Positions 63,713 through 64,000 of a stretch of 64,000 bases of DNA are shown here, one piece after another (within the stretch, counting starts at the first letter, position 1; every line of letters begins with the position of its first letter). Under the pieces are notes generated by a model. It saw only the letters and a list, made by a program, of their open reading frames with translations, searched no databases and was not told the origin of the DNA. The DNA comes from Corallochytrium limacisporum Hawaii (taxonomy: Eukaryota; Protista; Pluriformea), in contig PDIP01000041.1 in NCBI GenBank assembly GCA_002811645.1, positions 1 through 64,000 on the forward strand, in the 5' to 3' direction. Made by a program: the position numbers and the translations under genes.

Positions 63713-64000
63713 GACTTGCTCCACATCATTCGAGAAAGTTGATTACGGCAAGAAAATGAGCGAAATCGTAATATAATCTCAACTGACCGGGGTTGTCACT
63801 TTAAGGACCTGCAGTGGCTTCCTTTGCTCAAGCATAGCGGGTCTCTTCCGTCCGAACCCGCTCCGAAGAGTTGGGGCGAGGTTTCTGTGGGGAACGCCCA
63901 GATTTAACCCGGCCGAAGTGAGACCGCTACCAAAGAAACAATTGGTGCATCAATCCAACTGCAAAGTAGCCCAAGCTAGTAGGGAGCGGTTTCGAGGTCA

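Noticed and set aside
1-64000. CRISPR arrays, transposons, rRNA, telomeric arrays
   Set aside because: No spaced direct repeats, transposase/RT/integrase motifs, rRNA-like sequence or tandem TTAGGG seen.

Overview
Gene-dense eukaryotic DNA with two N-gaps. It holds about 21 long, uninterrupted ORFs, including 7.7-kb DOCK-C and 6.5-kb PIKfyve genes with no coding intron. Domain content (DOCK6/7/8-type GEF, DEP-containing PIKfyve, KIF7/KIF27-type kinesin, NCoR/Snt1-type SANT protein, LYSMD-type protein) suggests an opisthokont, most plausibly an extremely intron-poor unicellular holozoan such as Corallochytrium (inference, not verified). Main signals: (1) many intronless CDSs are preceded by short (often 36-46 nt) GT-AG intron-like segments in their 5' leaders; (2) one gene absent from the ORF track as a single ORF (30355-31305, -) can be rebuilt by removing three 40-44 nt introns; (3) U2AF35 carries Lys at the position of human Q157 and an RD tail instead of RS; (4) a plant/cyanobacterial-type GH100 invertase and other bacterial-like enzymes suggest horizontal transfer; (5) two decayed copies of one LRR gene family sit in intergenic space; (6) low-complexity islands rich in microsatellites and C(n)G(n) palindromes punctuate the compact gene blocks. 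All protein calls come from motif recognition by eye; no searches were run.
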